Assembly (NCBI GenBank): GCA_002840365.1
Contig: PHAO01000001.1
Coordinates: forward strand, 652,360-716,359
From: Candidatus Dojkabacteria bacterium HGW-Dojkabacteria-1
Lineage (GTDB): Bacteria; Patescibacteriota; Dojkabacteria; SC72
Direction of reading: 5' to 3'
Length of the DNA: 64,000 nt
The position numbers were made by a program, and so were the translations under genes. Under the pieces are notes generated by a model that was given only the letters and a program-made list of their open reading frames with translations, ran no database searches and had not been told where the DNA came from. This document shows, in pieces, positions 19,642 through 29,640 of this stretch. How positions within the stretch are numbered: the first letter of the stretch is position 1; each line of letters starts with the position of its first letter.

Positions 19642-20793
19642 TTATTTAATAGCTTTAAGAATTTCTTCTACCGCCTTCTCTCCTACACCTTTGATACCTT
19701 TAAGGTCATCTTTTGTTTTTCCTGCCAAGTCTTCAACTGTTTCGATTCCTGATTCTTTTAATGCCTTCTCTATTCTTACTGAAAGACCTAAGTCTTCAAT
19801 TTTTCTAGAATTAGATTCTGCTTTTACTGCTTCTGCTGCTGCTATTTCCTCTTCTATATTCTTCTCTCTCTTTACTACTCTTACAACTCCTGAAGTTTGT
19901 ACATCGGTCTTTCCCTCTCTCATAGCTTTCATTCTTAATCTTTCTTCTTCTTCCATTTTTTCTTGTCTTTCTTTTTCTTCAATATATCTTGTTTGAAGAT
20001 TTCTTAAGTTTGCTTCATGGTTTGTTCTTAAAGCTCTAAGAGATTCTGATTTTTTACCATCTTTTATTACCTCTTCAAAGAGTGAAACGAAAAGTGAAAT
20101 ACTCTTTATAGAGTCATCATTTGCCGGAATTGGATAATCTACTAAATCAGGATCACAGTTCGTATCTATTAATGCTAATACAGGGATACCTGCGATTTTA
20201 GCCTCATTGATAGCATTCTTTTCTACCTTACTATCTATTACTATCAACATCTTTGGCAATTCATCCATGAACTTTATACCTTCATATACCTTGTTCATTC
20301 TTTGAACCTGTCTTTCCATTAAAAGAATTTCTTTTTTAACAAGATCTTCACCACCTGATGCAAGATTTTCTTCCATTCTTACTAATCCTTGAATACTCTT
20401 TCTCATATGATCGAAGTTTGTGAAAAGTCCACCTGGCCATCTTTTGGTTATATAGAAGGCGCCAGATTCTTTTGCACTCTTTTCAATCAATCCTGCAGCT
20501 TGACCTTTAGTTCCTACAATTAATACATTACCTTTATCAACAATATTGTTTAAATCTGTTAATGCTACTTCAAGAAGCTTTCTTGTTTTTACAAGGTCAA
20601 TGATATGTACACCATTTCTGGTTTCATATATGAATTTCTTCATCTTTGGATTCCAAGCACTTCCTTTGTGTCCGAAGTGAGATCCTGCTTGAAGGAATGT
20701 AATTAATTCTGGGATTTGAACTTTTAGGCTTTTCTTTTCTGTCTCTGCCTTAGGTGTTACAGCCTTTTTTGAGACTTCTTTTGTTTTTTCCAT
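19642..20793 (-). CDS. rpsB: 30S ribosomal protein S2 with coiled linker and C-terminal RNAP alpha-CTD-like/HhH domain
   Basis: AGSHFGH, WNPKM, RWPGGLFTN, DTNCDP, PANDDS; C-terminal IEDLGLSVRIEKAL...KGVGEKA. Confidence 0.95.
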   Translation of the reverse strand: MEKTKEVSKKAVTPKAETEKKSLKVQIPELITFLQAGSHFGHKGSAWNPKMKKFIYETRNGVHIIDLVKTRKLLEVALTDLNNIVDKGNVLIVGTKGQAAGLIEKSAKESGAFYITKRWPGGLFTNFDHMRKSIQGLVRMEENLASGGEDLVKKEILLMERQVQRMNKVYEGIKFMDELPKMLIVIDSKVEKNAINEAKIAGIPVLALIDTNCDPDLVDYPIPANDDSIKSISLFVSLFEEVIKDGKKSESLRALRTNHEANLRNLQTRYIEEKERQEKMEEEERLRMKAMREGKTDVQTSGVVRVVKREKNIEEEIAAAEAVKAESNSRKIEDLGLSVRIEKALKESGIETVEDLAGKTKDDLKGIKGVGEKAVEEILKAIK

Positions 20794-20808
20794 TTGTTTT
20801 TCCTTTTT

Positions 20809-20864
20809 ACACCTATCTCTTGTGGGTAGAATTTTCTCTATCCAGGAAATATCAGAGATATGTG
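20809..20864 (-). promoter_or_regulatory. rpsB 5' leader hairpin (candidate S2 autoregulatory element)
   Basis: CAC-A-TATCTCT pairs with AGAGATA-G-GTG just upstream of the rpsB start; TATAAT further upstream. Confidence 0.5.
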
Positions 20865-20911
20865 AGATTAATTAAATACGACCCTGATTATATACTCTAA
20901 GTACATATTTT

Positions 20912-21553
20912 TCAACCCATTACATTAACAGTATCCCATCTATTTTTTCCAATAATTAGGTGATCTAAGAGTTGAATTCCAACTAATTCCAAGGACTCTA
21001 GTATTCTCTTTGTAAAAAGTACATCCTCATTACTTGGAGTACTATCTCCAGAGGGATGATTATGTGCTATTAATATGAATGAAGAATTGTTAACTATTGC
21101 TGGATACAGCACCTCCCTTGGAAGAACATTTGCACAGTTAATGCTACCAACAGCAACTGTTTCTCTTGAGATATACTCAAATCTCGAATTAAGACAAAGG
21201 ATATCAACTTTTTCTTTCTTTAAATTTTCCATATCTTTAAAGATTTCGTAGGCATCTTTTGATTGTGTAATTCTTACTTTTTGAGAATCAAATATCCCAT
21301 AGACCCTTCTTCCTAACTCTATTCCTGCAACTATCCTTGTTGCTGTAACAATACCTACTCCCCTTACTTTCACCATTTCTTTTACATTAATATCTCCCCC
21401 ATCCTTTAAAGATTTTCTTACAAAAGACAGAGTACATTTAGATATTTTTTGGAAATTACTACCTTTTATACCACTACCAACCAGTAATTGAATTAATTCT
21501 GAGTCGGAAAGAGAGTCAACGCCTTTAAGGAAAAGTTTTTCTCTTGGTAGCAT
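20912..21553 (-). CDS. radC: RadC family JAB-domain protein
   Basis: PREKL, LSDSEL, PREV, AHNHPSGD..PS..D, LLDHLIIG. Confidence 0.93.
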   Translation of the reverse strand: MLPREKLFLKGVDSLSDSELIQLLVGSGIKGSNFQKISKCTLSFVRKSLKDGGDINVKEMVKVRGVGIVTATRIVAGIELGRRVYGIFDSQKVRITQSKDAYEIFKDMENLKKEKVDILCLNSRFEYISRETVAVGSINCANVLPREVLYPAIVNNSSFILIAHNHPSGDSTPSNEDVLFTKRILESLELVGIQLLDHLIIGKNRWDTVNVMG

Positions 21554-21587
21554 ATACTAAATATATACTACAAAGATGAAGTAGTAC

Positions 21588-23711
21588 TTACTTTTTACTT
21601 ACTTTCTTCTTAACACTCTTTTTGATGTATTTGCAATCGGGATATCCACTACAGCCAACAAATGCTCTACCCCACTTACTTCTTCTTTCTACAAGATTTT
21701 TCCCACATTCAGGACATATTTCATTTAGCAGAAGGGGTACTGTTCCTTTGCACTCAGGATATCTTTCACATGCCCAGAATTTACCGTATTTACTGTTCTT
21801 CAATACAAGTTTAGATTCACATTTTGGACATTTCTCGGGTTTGGCATACTTCTTCAAATCCAAATTCTCTTCTCCACCACTTAAATCTTTCATACCCTTA
21901 CACTCGGGGAATCTACTACAACTGAGGAATTTCCCATACCTACCAAGTCTTACAATCATTTCACTTCCACATTCGCTACACTTTTCCTCTGACTTGGAAA
22001 GAATTACAACATCATCTTTAGAAACATTAATATCTGCCTTCTCGATGTCCTCGATAAGGGGTTTGTACTCTTTGTCGATGAAAGGAACATACTGAACTTT
22101 ACCCTGCGCAATACCATCTAATTTTTCTTCTACTCCTGCTGTATATTTGTAATCTACTAATTCTTTAAAATTGTTTTTTAGAAAGTGAGTAACGACTCTA
22201 CCGATATCCTTTGGTAGAAGATATTTTCCTTCTTTTTCGACATATTCTCTGGCTTGTATAGTACTAATAATTGTTGCATATGTGGAAGGTCTACCAATTC
22301 CAAGAGATTCTAATTTTTTCACCAAGGATGCTTCCGTATATCTTGGTTTCGGTTGTGTGAATTTTTGTTCTGTAACGAAATCTTTCTTATCAAAGATATC
22401 TTCTTTCTTAACATTATTAATCTCTTGTAATAGCTCTTCTTCATCTCCATTTCCACCATATACTACTCTAAATCCATCAAAAAGTGTTTTTTGAGCACCA
22501 ACAGAGAAGGTATATATATTTTTTAGCTTGTTTGTAGGCTCAAAATAGAGAGTAATATTCTCCACTCTCTTCTCTTTCATCTGTGAAGATACAGCTCTTT
22601 TCCAAATTAAATCGTAAAGTCTTGCTTCAGATTCTCCGAATTTACCCTTGATATATTCTCTTGTTATACCAAAGTCTGATGGCCTTATTGCTTCATGTGC
22701 TTCTTGTGCATTCTTGCTTCTGTTTTTGTAATATCTTGCTGATTCTGGAAGATATTCTTTTCCATATCTAGATGGTATGAGGTTTCGAATTTCATTTATT
22801 GCTTTTTGAGAAAGAGATACTGAGTCTGTTCTCATGTATGTAATGTAACCTGCTTGATACAGGATTTGAGCTGTAGCCATGGTCTTTTTTGCAGAATATC
22901 CCAAAACATTGTTTGCTGCTTGTTGAAGTGTGGATGTTGTATATGGAGGATATGGACTCTTCTTTAATTCCTTTTTTACAAGATCAACTACTTTATATTT
23001 TGATTCACCTAGCTCCTCTTGTAATTTTGTTACTTCTTCCTGTGTTTTAGGTATATATTTTTTAGAATCTTTCTTTATTAACTTTATCCTTAATTTTTCA
23101 CTCTCTTTTGTCACATCTACAAAAAACTCCCAGTATTCATCTGGTTTAAATGCCTCTCTTTCCTCCTCTCTCTCTACAATCAACCGAAGAGCTACTGACT
23201 GCACTCTACCCGCAGAGAGTCCATACCATATTTTTTTCCAAAGTAATTCTGAAAGTTTGTAGCCAAAGAGCCTATCAAGAACTCTTCGTGCTTTTTGAGC
23301 TTCTACAAGATTCTCGTTTACCTCATTTGGTGTTTTTAAGGCTTCTGTTATTGCATCCTTCGTTATTTCATGGAAGGTTACTCTTTTCGCACCTTTAATT
23401 GAAAGAGATGTCTTAACATGCCACGCAATAGCTTCTCCTTCTCTATCAGGGTCCATTGCAAGATATACATTCCCTTCTTTAGGAATTGCCTTTTTTAAAT
23501 CTTTTAGTATTTTTCCTTTACCATATATTGTTTCAAAGAGTGGTTCATATTTATTTTCAACATCCACCCCTAATTTACTTTTAGGTAAATCGATAACGTG
23601 ACCAACAGTGGCCATGACTTTATAATCAGGACCTAAATACTTATTTATTGTCTTTGCCTTTGCAGGTGACTCTACTATTAAAAGGTTTTTGTATTTTGTT
23701 TGTTTTGCCAT
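21588..23711 (-). CDS. topA: DNA topoisomerase I
   Basis: IVESPAKAKTI, DPDREGEAI, SAGRVQS, ITYMRTDS, C-terminal zinc ribbons. Confidence 0.98.
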   Translation of the reverse strand: MAKQTKYKNLLIVESPAKAKTINKYLGPDYKVMATVGHVIDLPKSKLGVDVENKYEPLFETIYGKGKILKDLKKAIPKEGNVYLAMDPDREGEAIAWHVKTSLSIKGAKRVTFHEITKDAITEALKTPNEVNENLVEAQKARRVLDRLFGYKLSELLWKKIWYGLSAGRVQSVALRLIVEREEEREAFKPDEYWEFFVDVTKESEKLRIKLIKKDSKKYIPKTQEEVTKLQEELGESKYKVVDLVKKELKKSPYPPYTTSTLQQAANNVLGYSAKKTMATAQILYQAGYITYMRTDSVSLSQKAINEIRNLIPSRYGKEYLPESARYYKNRSKNAQEAHEAIRPSDFGITREYIKGKFGESEARLYDLIWKRAVSSQMKEKRVENITLYFEPTNKLKNIYTFSVGAQKTLFDGFRVVYGGNGDEEELLQEINNVKKEDIFDKKDFVTEQKFTQPKPRYTEASLVKKLESLGIGRPSTYATIISTIQAREYVEKEGKYLLPKDIGRVVTHFLKNNFKELVDYKYTAGVEEKLDGIAQGKVQYVPFIDKEYKPLIEDIEKADINVSKDDVVILSKSEEKCSECGSEMIVRLGRYGKFLSCSRFPECKGMKDLSGGEENLDLKKYAKPEKCPKCESKLVLKNSKYGKFWACERYPECKGTVPLLLNEICPECGKNLVERRSKWGRAFVGCSGYPDCKYIKKSVKKKVSKK

Positions 23712-23793
23712 ATTGCGAGCTAAAAATACACAATGTTTCTAATTATGTCAAACTTGCCTTTACATATATTACATTATTTTTATGAAATTTCAC

Positions 23794-25812
23794 TTACTCA
23801 ACAAAACCATTTTGAACCATCCAAGTAATCATTTCTCTCATAACGGCAGATGCATTAGAACTTGATCCTCCATCTTCTAGAAATACTGTAAATGAGTATT
23901 TTGGCTTATCAAATGGGAAAAATCCAGCAACCCAAGCATGTGTATCCTCATATATTCCCTTCTCATTTACCTTACCGAATTCTGCAGTACCTGTTTTTGC
24001 AGCTACTTTGGTACCAGTGTTAGAAAGTGACCCTACTATACCTCTTGAACCATTTACAGTCTCCCACATACCTTTTCTTACGATTTCCAAAGAGCTTTGA
24101 GATGCAATGTTTTCTTGCAAAGGCTCAAACTTAACAGGATATTCAAATCCTTTCTCATCAACAAACTTTTTTGCAACATGAGGGGTATACAACGTTCCAC
24201 CATTTGCTATTGCTGCCATCCAATTAGACATCTGTATAGGGGTTACTAAAGTAATACCCTGACCTATTACTGAGTTACATGAATCTCCTTCTGGGTACCA
24301 TATTGGTTCAAGCCATGGACTTGTTGTCTTAGCAAGCTTTATCTTGTTCTCAGGAGAAGGCAATCTCCCTGGAGCTTCTCCTGGAATATCAATTTTTGTA
24401 TACGCCCCTATACCGAATTTCTCTAGGTATGGTACTAATTTATTCATATCCCAATCCCTTATCAACTCACAAAAAAATATATTTGAAGAGACTGCTAATG
24501 CATCAACAACAGTTAAAGAACCATATACATTCTTCCTATACTCTTGAAAAGGCGCTCCATTAGAGAAGGAGTAACCTGCTCTACTTACATATACTGTATT
24601 TCTAGTTATCACCTTTGAATCTAATCCTGCAGTAGCAATGACGGTTTTAAATGTTGAACCTGGTGGCATTTGTGCAGCGATTGCTCTGTTAAGTAAAGGA
24701 TTTCTTTTGTCATTGATAATTTGTGAATATTCACTTTGGGATATTCCTCCTACAAAGAGATTACCGTTGTAACTTGGATAGCTTACAATTGCCAATATCT
24801 CTCCTGTATTAACATCCTGTATTATGCCTGCTCCTCCAGCTGCATCATGTTTTGTAACAGCATCTGCTAACAGTTCATACATCTTAATTTGAATATCTTT
24901 CTTTATCGTAAGGTAAAGAGTTTTTCCTGCCTGTGGTGTTTTCAAAATATATGGCTCCTTTGAGACAGATCTTCCCAATGCATCTATTTCCTCTGCTAAT
25001 TGACCACCTATCCCTCTAAATTCTTCGTTGTAATATCTCTCAACCCCTATCTTACCTACGGTATCACCCATTCCAATGCCTTCAAGAATCTCAATATCTC
25101 TAGCAGATGCTTCACCTGTATATCCTAATATATGAGTGAAGTATTCGTTGTAAAGATATTTTCTTTTATTACCATTATCTATTGTAATACCAGGAATTTC
25201 TTGCATTCTTGCTTTGATTTTTATTGCAACATCATTATCTATATCCGAAGCTAGTAGAATCTTACTGAAATATGGACTAGACATATATATAGAGTAAACC
25301 CTATCAGAAAGGGAGTCATAGACCTCTTCAGAGTTAACAGCAACTTGCCTCCAATTATCACCAAGCATACCCCCGAGGGTATCCATACTTGCTCCAAGTT
25401 TTTCATTGTCTAGTTGACCATCTTTCTCTATATATGACTCAATAGAGAGGTATACATTCATAGATGCAACATTTTCGACTAATTTTACACCATCAGCATC
25501 GAATATTATTCCTCTTTCAGCGGGTATCTTTGATATCCTTACCTTATTTATCTCTGACCTTTGTGCCATCTTAGCCCCTTCAACAATTTGAAGTTTTGCA
25601 ATACTTGTTATCAAAAGGCCAAAGCTAAGGAAGAAGAAGATGAAGGCATATATGAAGTTCCAAGGAGAAACATCTGAATCTGGAGAACCCTTGAAAAGAC
25701 CACGTTTAACAATATCTTTGAATCCCTGCGCCTTAGAATCATTCCATACGCTAGAAGGTTTTGAAAGTTTCTTGTTCTCTAATTTTTTATCAATACTAAA
25801 TGATGAAGCCAT
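23794..25812 (-). CDS. mrdA: Penicillin-binding protein 2
   Basis: TM anchor, PGSTFK, SSN, KTGTAE. Confidence 0.92.
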   Translation of the reverse strand: MASSFSIDKKLENKKLSKPSSVWNDSKAQGFKDIVKRGLFKGSPDSDVSPWNFIYAFIFFFLSFGLLITSIAKLQIVEGAKMAQRSEINKVRISKIPAERGIIFDADGVKLVENVASMNVYLSIESYIEKDGQLDNEKLGASMDTLGGMLGDNWRQVAVNSEEVYDSLSDRVYSIYMSSPYFSKILLASDIDNDVAIKIKARMQEIPGITIDNGNKRKYLYNEYFTHILGYTGEASARDIEILEGIGMGDTVGKIGVERYYNEEFRGIGGQLAEEIDALGRSVSKEPYILKTPQAGKTLYLTIKKDIQIKMYELLADAVTKHDAAGGAGIIQDVNTGEILAIVSYPSYNGNLFVGGISQSEYSQIINDKRNPLLNRAIAAQMPPGSTFKTVIATAGLDSKVITRNTVYVSRAGYSFSNGAPFQEYRKNVYGSLTVVDALAVSSNIFFCELIRDWDMNKLVPYLEKFGIGAYTKIDIPGEAPGRLPSPENKIKLAKTTSPWLEPIWYPEGDSCNSVIGQGITLVTPIQMSNWMAAIANGGTLYTPHVAKKFVDEKGFEYPVKFEPLQENIASQSSLEIVRKGMWETVNGSRGIVGSLSNTGTKVAAKTGTAEFGKVNEKGIYEDTHAWVAGFFPFDKPKYSFTVFLEDGGSSSNASAVMREMITWMVQNGFVE

Positions 25813-25814
25813 AC

Positions 25815-26312
25815 CTATCTAAGCCTAATTTTCTCAAAATTATTACTATCTCTAAATGAGAACAGTATTCTATCTATGAGAATACAAATTAATACTGAAA
25901 TTAGGCTGTTAAAAACAAATTTAAATATATCTGACCAGCTAAAGGAAGGGACTACGCTATCTTGTAAAATTGATGCTAGAAATGGGTTAAGTATATATCC
26001 GAAGAGAAATACAAAAAATATTACTGAGTATCTAGAACTTGTTCGATCAAGTGGAACCATTAAGCTAATTAAAAAGAATACAAAAAGAACAGTTCCTAAA
26101 ACTAGTATATTAAAACCTAGTGGTAGATGCAAAGTTACGTCTAGTGCAAGCCCAGTTAATATTACAATTAATGAAGAAAGCTTAAAATCAATCCTACCCC
26201 AAATATTGATTATTACTAACAGGGCAACAGAAAAGGCGAAGAGCGAAAGAAACATATGCTCTAAGAAAACAACTAAGAAAACCGCAATTATACCTAAAAG
26301 TACTCCTATCAT
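25815..26312 (-). CDS. mreD: MreD-like membrane protein
   Basis: Very hydrophobic, GLALD motif, between mreC and mrdA. Confidence 0.7.
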   Translation of the reverse strand: MIGVLLGIIAVFLVVFLEHMFLSLFAFSVALLVIINIWGRIDFKLSSLIVILTGLALDVTLHLPLGFNILVLGTVLFVFFLISLMVPLDRTSSRYSVIFFVFLFGYILNPFLASILQDSVVPSFSWSDIFKFVFNSLISVLICILIDRILFSFRDSNNFEKIRLR

Positions 26313-26313
26313 A

Positions 26314-27129
26314 TTAATCTATTCTAACAAATACAGTTAATAAATTGGCGTAATCAAAAGATGGAGAGACAAAACCCGATTTTGACGTAGCAGCAGGATT
26401 TTTTGAGAGTGCAACTACCCTACCTACTATCAGTAAATCCCCTATTCTCTCATCTCTTATAACTACAATATCACCATCAGAAACATCAGCATTTGCACCT
26501 ATGTTCTCTATCCTAATACCATCTAAACTACCTGTAATAACTGCTCTGGACTTAATATACCCATCTAAGTTACTAATTTCTTGCAAATTGGCTGGTACAA
26601 TGACTACTTCATATGTACTCATTCTGTTAATAGGTAATCTAACAAGAGAACCTGCCCTATCTAAACTTGATATAACTCCAACAAAAGTATTTCCAACAGA
26701 AACAACATCTCCCTCTTTAAGACCATCTTTTATTCCTGTATTTATATAAAGATCGCCTTTCTCAGACATACCTAATACCTTTGAAACTACATATTTGTAC
26801 TCAGGTATAACTATCGAGGAATTTTCTTTTAAAGCTTTGAACTCTTCATAGTCTATTAATATTTCTTTTGTAGATTTAAGCTCAATAATTTCCTCCTTCA
26901 ATGCTTTGTATTCCTCTATGTATGTTGATGCGTCAAACAGAGCTTTACTCCAATTAGAAACGGAGGAGCTAATGTCCCTTGCTACAAAAGATACTGGCTC
27001 AAATACATATGCAAATGGAATTCTTAGATATGATGAAAATGGCAACCTACCTACGAGTAGTAATAATAGTCCTAAGAGTAAAAGCAGAATTGGTTGAAGA
27101 GATTTTATCTTTAATATCGTTTTTTTCAT
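26314..27129 (-). CDS. mreC: Rod shape-determining protein MreC
   Basis: TM + coiled coil, INTGIKDGLKEGDVV, follows mreB. Confidence 0.85.
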   Translation of the reverse strand: MKKTILKIKSLQPILLLLLGLLLLLVGRLPFSSYLRIPFAYVFEPVSFVARDISSSVSNWSKALFDASTYIEEYKALKEEIIELKSTKEILIDYEEFKALKENSSIVIPEYKYVVSKVLGMSEKGDLYINTGIKDGLKEGDVVSVGNTFVGVISSLDRAGSLVRLPINRMSTYEVVIVPANLQEISNLDGYIKSRAVITGSLDGIRIENIGANADVSDGDIVVIRDERIGDLLIVGRVVALSKNPAATSKSGFVSPSFDYANLLTVFVRID

Positions 27130-27144
27130 TTGAAAAGAATTAGG

Positions 27145-28200
27145 TTAAATAAGTTCTTCCCAAGATTTTTGTACTTTTTCGAGCAAATCAATGTGATCTA
27201 ACATCGATGCTGTTCCTCTTGCAACTGCAGAGAGTGGATCATCTACTATTTTAACGGGTATATTTAATTCTTCCATCCAAAATTCATCCAAACCTTTGAT
27301 TAATGCTCCACCACCAGCAACATGTATTCCATCATTGTATATATCCTTAAGAAGTTCTGGTGGAGTATCTTCTATTGCATCCTTTACTGCTTCAGTTATT
27401 TGACCCAAAGAAACCATAATAGCTTCTCTAACCTCTGTACTACTAAACTTGATTGATTTTGGAAGACCTGTTAACAAATCCCTTCCTTGAAGAGTAATCT
27501 CCTTTTCCTCTTTCATAGGAGATGCTGAGCCTATCTCTATCTTTACATCTTCAGCAGTTCTTTCTCCGATAAGGATGTTGTATTTATCTCTTACATAGTT
27601 CACTACATCTTGGTTCATCTCATCCCCAGCTATTCTTACAGTATTATCTACAACAATATCTCCTAAAGAAAGCACAGCTATACCAGTTGTACCACCTCCA
27701 ATATCCACTATCATACTTCCTGATGCTTCCTCTATTGGCAATCCTACTCCAATTGCGGCAGCCATAGATTCTTCTACAATAAAGACATCTCTTGCTCCAG
27801 CAGTTTTTGCGGCATCAATTACGGCTTGCCTTTCCACTTCTGTAACAGACGATGGCACTCCTACTACTACTCTTGGCTTTGGTATTTTGAAACCTTTTAC
27901 ATAGTTTTTGTGTGCACTATTAATAAAATGGTGAATCATAGCCTGAGTAGTATCAAAATCTGAGATTACTCCATCTTTTAATGGCCTAACTGCAACAATG
28001 TTTGCAGGTGTTCTACCAATCATCTCCCTTGCCTGTTGTCCAACAGCCAATACAAGCTTTGATCTTTTATCTATAGCAACAACAGAAGGTTCTGATACAA
28101 CAATACCTTCACCACGAAGATATACCATCGTGTTTGCAGTACCTAAATCTATTCCTAGATCATATGTAAATATTTCCCAAACAGAATCAAAAAGAGACAT
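27145..28200 (-). CDS. mreB: Rod shape-determining protein MreB (copy 1)
   Basis: GIDLGTAN, EPSVVA, DIGGGT, GGGAL. Confidence 0.96.
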   Translation of the reverse strand: MSLFDSVWEIFTYDLGIDLGTANTMVYLRGEGIVVSEPSVVAIDKRSKLVLAVGQQAREMIGRTPANIVAVRPLKDGVISDFDTTQAMIHHFINSAHKNYVKGFKIPKPRVVVGVPSSVTEVERQAVIDAAKTAGARDVFIVEESMAAAIGVGLPIEEASGSMIVDIGGGTTGIAVLSLGDIVVDNTVRIAGDEMNQDVVNYVRDKYNILIGERTAEDVKIEIGSASPMKEEKEITLQGRDLLTGLPKSIKFSSTEVREAIMVSLGQITEAVKDAIEDTPPELLKDIYNDGIHVAGGGALIKGLDEFWMEELNIPVKIVDDPLSAVARGTASMLDHIDLLEKVQKSWEELI

Positions 28201-28272
28201 TAAAAAATGTAATCACCTTAATTGAATGATTTTATCACTAAAATTTACTCAAGACGAGGAAATTATATACAC

Positions 28273-28488
28273 TTATTCCTGTGCTTCTTTCTGAAGCCTT
28301 TTGTAACACTTCATACAGGTATATATACTCTGAACATCACCTTCTATATCAACCTTAATCTTTCTAAGGTTTGGTTTAAAGGTACGTGTACTTCTTGGAG
28401 CCTTGTATTTCCAACCAATCGAGTGATGATGTTGGATTCTTCTCCCAGCAGCTGTAGATTTTCCACACAATTCACAAACTTTTGCCAT
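28273..28488 (-). CDS. rpmB: 50S ribosomal protein L28 (Zn-binding form)
   Basis: MAKVCELCGK, RTFKPNL, CMKC. Confidence 0.93.
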   Translation of the reverse strand: MAKVCELCGKSTAAGRRIQHHHSIGWKYKAPRSTRTFKPNLRKIKVDIEGDVQSIYTCMKCYKRLQKEAQE

Positions 28489-28557
28489 TTCTTTCTTAAT
28501 TGAACATTTATAAGCTAGATGATATTATCAAAAAGATTTCTATTTATCAAGCTTATC

Positions 28558-29187
28558 ATGACAGAAACTTCACTAATACAAGAATATATATATTGGATAT
28601 TGGTAGCTATACCCTCTATTTTGGTTGCTGCGACTGTACATGAATACGCTCACGCATATACTGCATTCAGACTTGGAGACGCAACAGCCAAGGCCGAAGG
28701 TAGGCTTACACTTAATCCATTAAAACATATAGATCCAATTGGAGCAATATTTATGATTCTCTTCAGATTCGGATGGAGTAAACCCGTTCCTATCAATGAA
28801 TACAACTTTGAAAAGAGAGAATTATATACAGCTATCGTTGCTTTTGCTGGTCCACTTTCAAACCTACTACTCGCATTTATTACTGGATTAGTATTTAGAA
28901 TTCTTCCAGAAGATACTCATTTTCTTATAGTGTTTCTACTATATTCCTTTGCCACTATAAATATCGCTTTAGCTGTATTCAACCTTATCCCTATCCCACC
29001 ACTTGATGGCCACAAAATAGTGAGAGCTTTATTACCAGCCAAACTTCGATACTATTGGGAATATTTAGAAAGATATGCAATATTTCTAATACTTCTTTTG
29101 ATATTACCATTTTCGCCCCTTTCAAAAATTGTATTCCCATTCATAGGAAGAACTCTTACAGCAATCCTTACCTTGCTTGGATTTTAA
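28558..29187 (+). CDS. Site-2 protease family protein (M50)
   Basis: HEYAH, GRLTLNPLKHIDP, AGPLSN, FNLIPIPPLDG. Confidence 0.9.
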   Translation: MTETSLIQEYIYWILVAIPSILVAATVHEYAHAYTAFRLGDATAKAEGRLTLNPLKHIDPIGAIFMILFRFGWSKPVPINEYNFEKRELYTAIVAFAGPLSNLLLAFITGLVFRILPEDTHFLIVFLLYSFATINIALAVFNLIPIPPLDGHKIVRALLPAKLRYYWEYLERYAIFLILLLILPFSPLSKIVFPFIGRTLTAILTLLGF

Positions 29188-29227
29188 TATCCTTTGATAT
29201 AGCTAGCAAAATATTATAAAATATACT

Positions 29228-29361
29228 GTCCCGGTTGGGAAAAGAGGTTCATAGCTCTACAAGCAAGAGCTCGGGTTTCCAAAATCTCTTAAACCCTTGG
29301 GTTTAAGTTGAGGAAACCCACCTATTCGGTAAGGGCTCTATGATCCCTCTCCGACCGGGCG
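29228..29361 (+). ncRNA. ssrS: Probable compact 6S RNA
   Basis: Rod-like fold: CCCGGTTGG/CCGACCGGG closing stem, AGAGG-TCATAG/CTATGA-CCTCT, central unpaired bubble, GGGTTTCC/GGAAACCC, terminal CTTAAACC/GGTTTAAG hairpin; T-run after; promoter-like TTGATA...TAAAAT upstream. Confidence 0.65.
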
Positions 29362-29367
29362 TTTTTA

Positions 29368-29396
29368 TTGACTATATCCCCTGTATATATTAAACT
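29368..29396 (+). promoter_or_regulatory. Promoter of tRNA cluster
   Basis: TTGACT-17 nt-TAAACT. Confidence 0.6.
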
Positions 29397-29409
29397 TGCC
29401 TTGTAAATT

Positions 29410-29486
29410 GCCGAAGTAGCTCAGTTGGTCAGAGCAATTGTTTTGTAAACAATAGGTCGAGAGTTCGAATCTCTCCTTCGGCTCCA
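29410..29486 (+). tRNA. tRNA-Thr(TGT)
   Basis: GCCGAAG acceptor, ATTGT-TT-TGT-AA-ACAAT, GTTCGAATC, encoded CCA. Confidence 0.95.
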
Positions 29487-29490
29487 TTGT

Positions 29491-29573
29491 GCAGAGGTGG
29501 CGGAGTGGTCAAACGCATCGGACTGTAAATCCGACTCCTTCGGGATTCACTGGTTCAAATCCAGTCCTCTGCA
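29491..29573 (+). tRNA. tRNA-Tyr(GTA)
   Basis: GCAGAGG acceptor, TCGGA-CT-GTA-AA-TCCGA, variable arm, GGTTCAAATCC. Confidence 0.95.
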
Positions 29574-29640
29574 TATTCCCCTATTGTATTTTTTCATATC
29601 TAATATATACTTTTTAGTATATAAATTTAGCTTTTCGTAT

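Noticed and set aside
20912-21553. radC as a mobile-element marker
   Set aside because: Full-length chromosomal type among housekeeping genes; no integrase or transposase in the window
29497-29640. N-terminal extension of the 289-aa ORF in the track
   Set aside because: Overlaps tRNA-Tyr; the real start is ATG 29641
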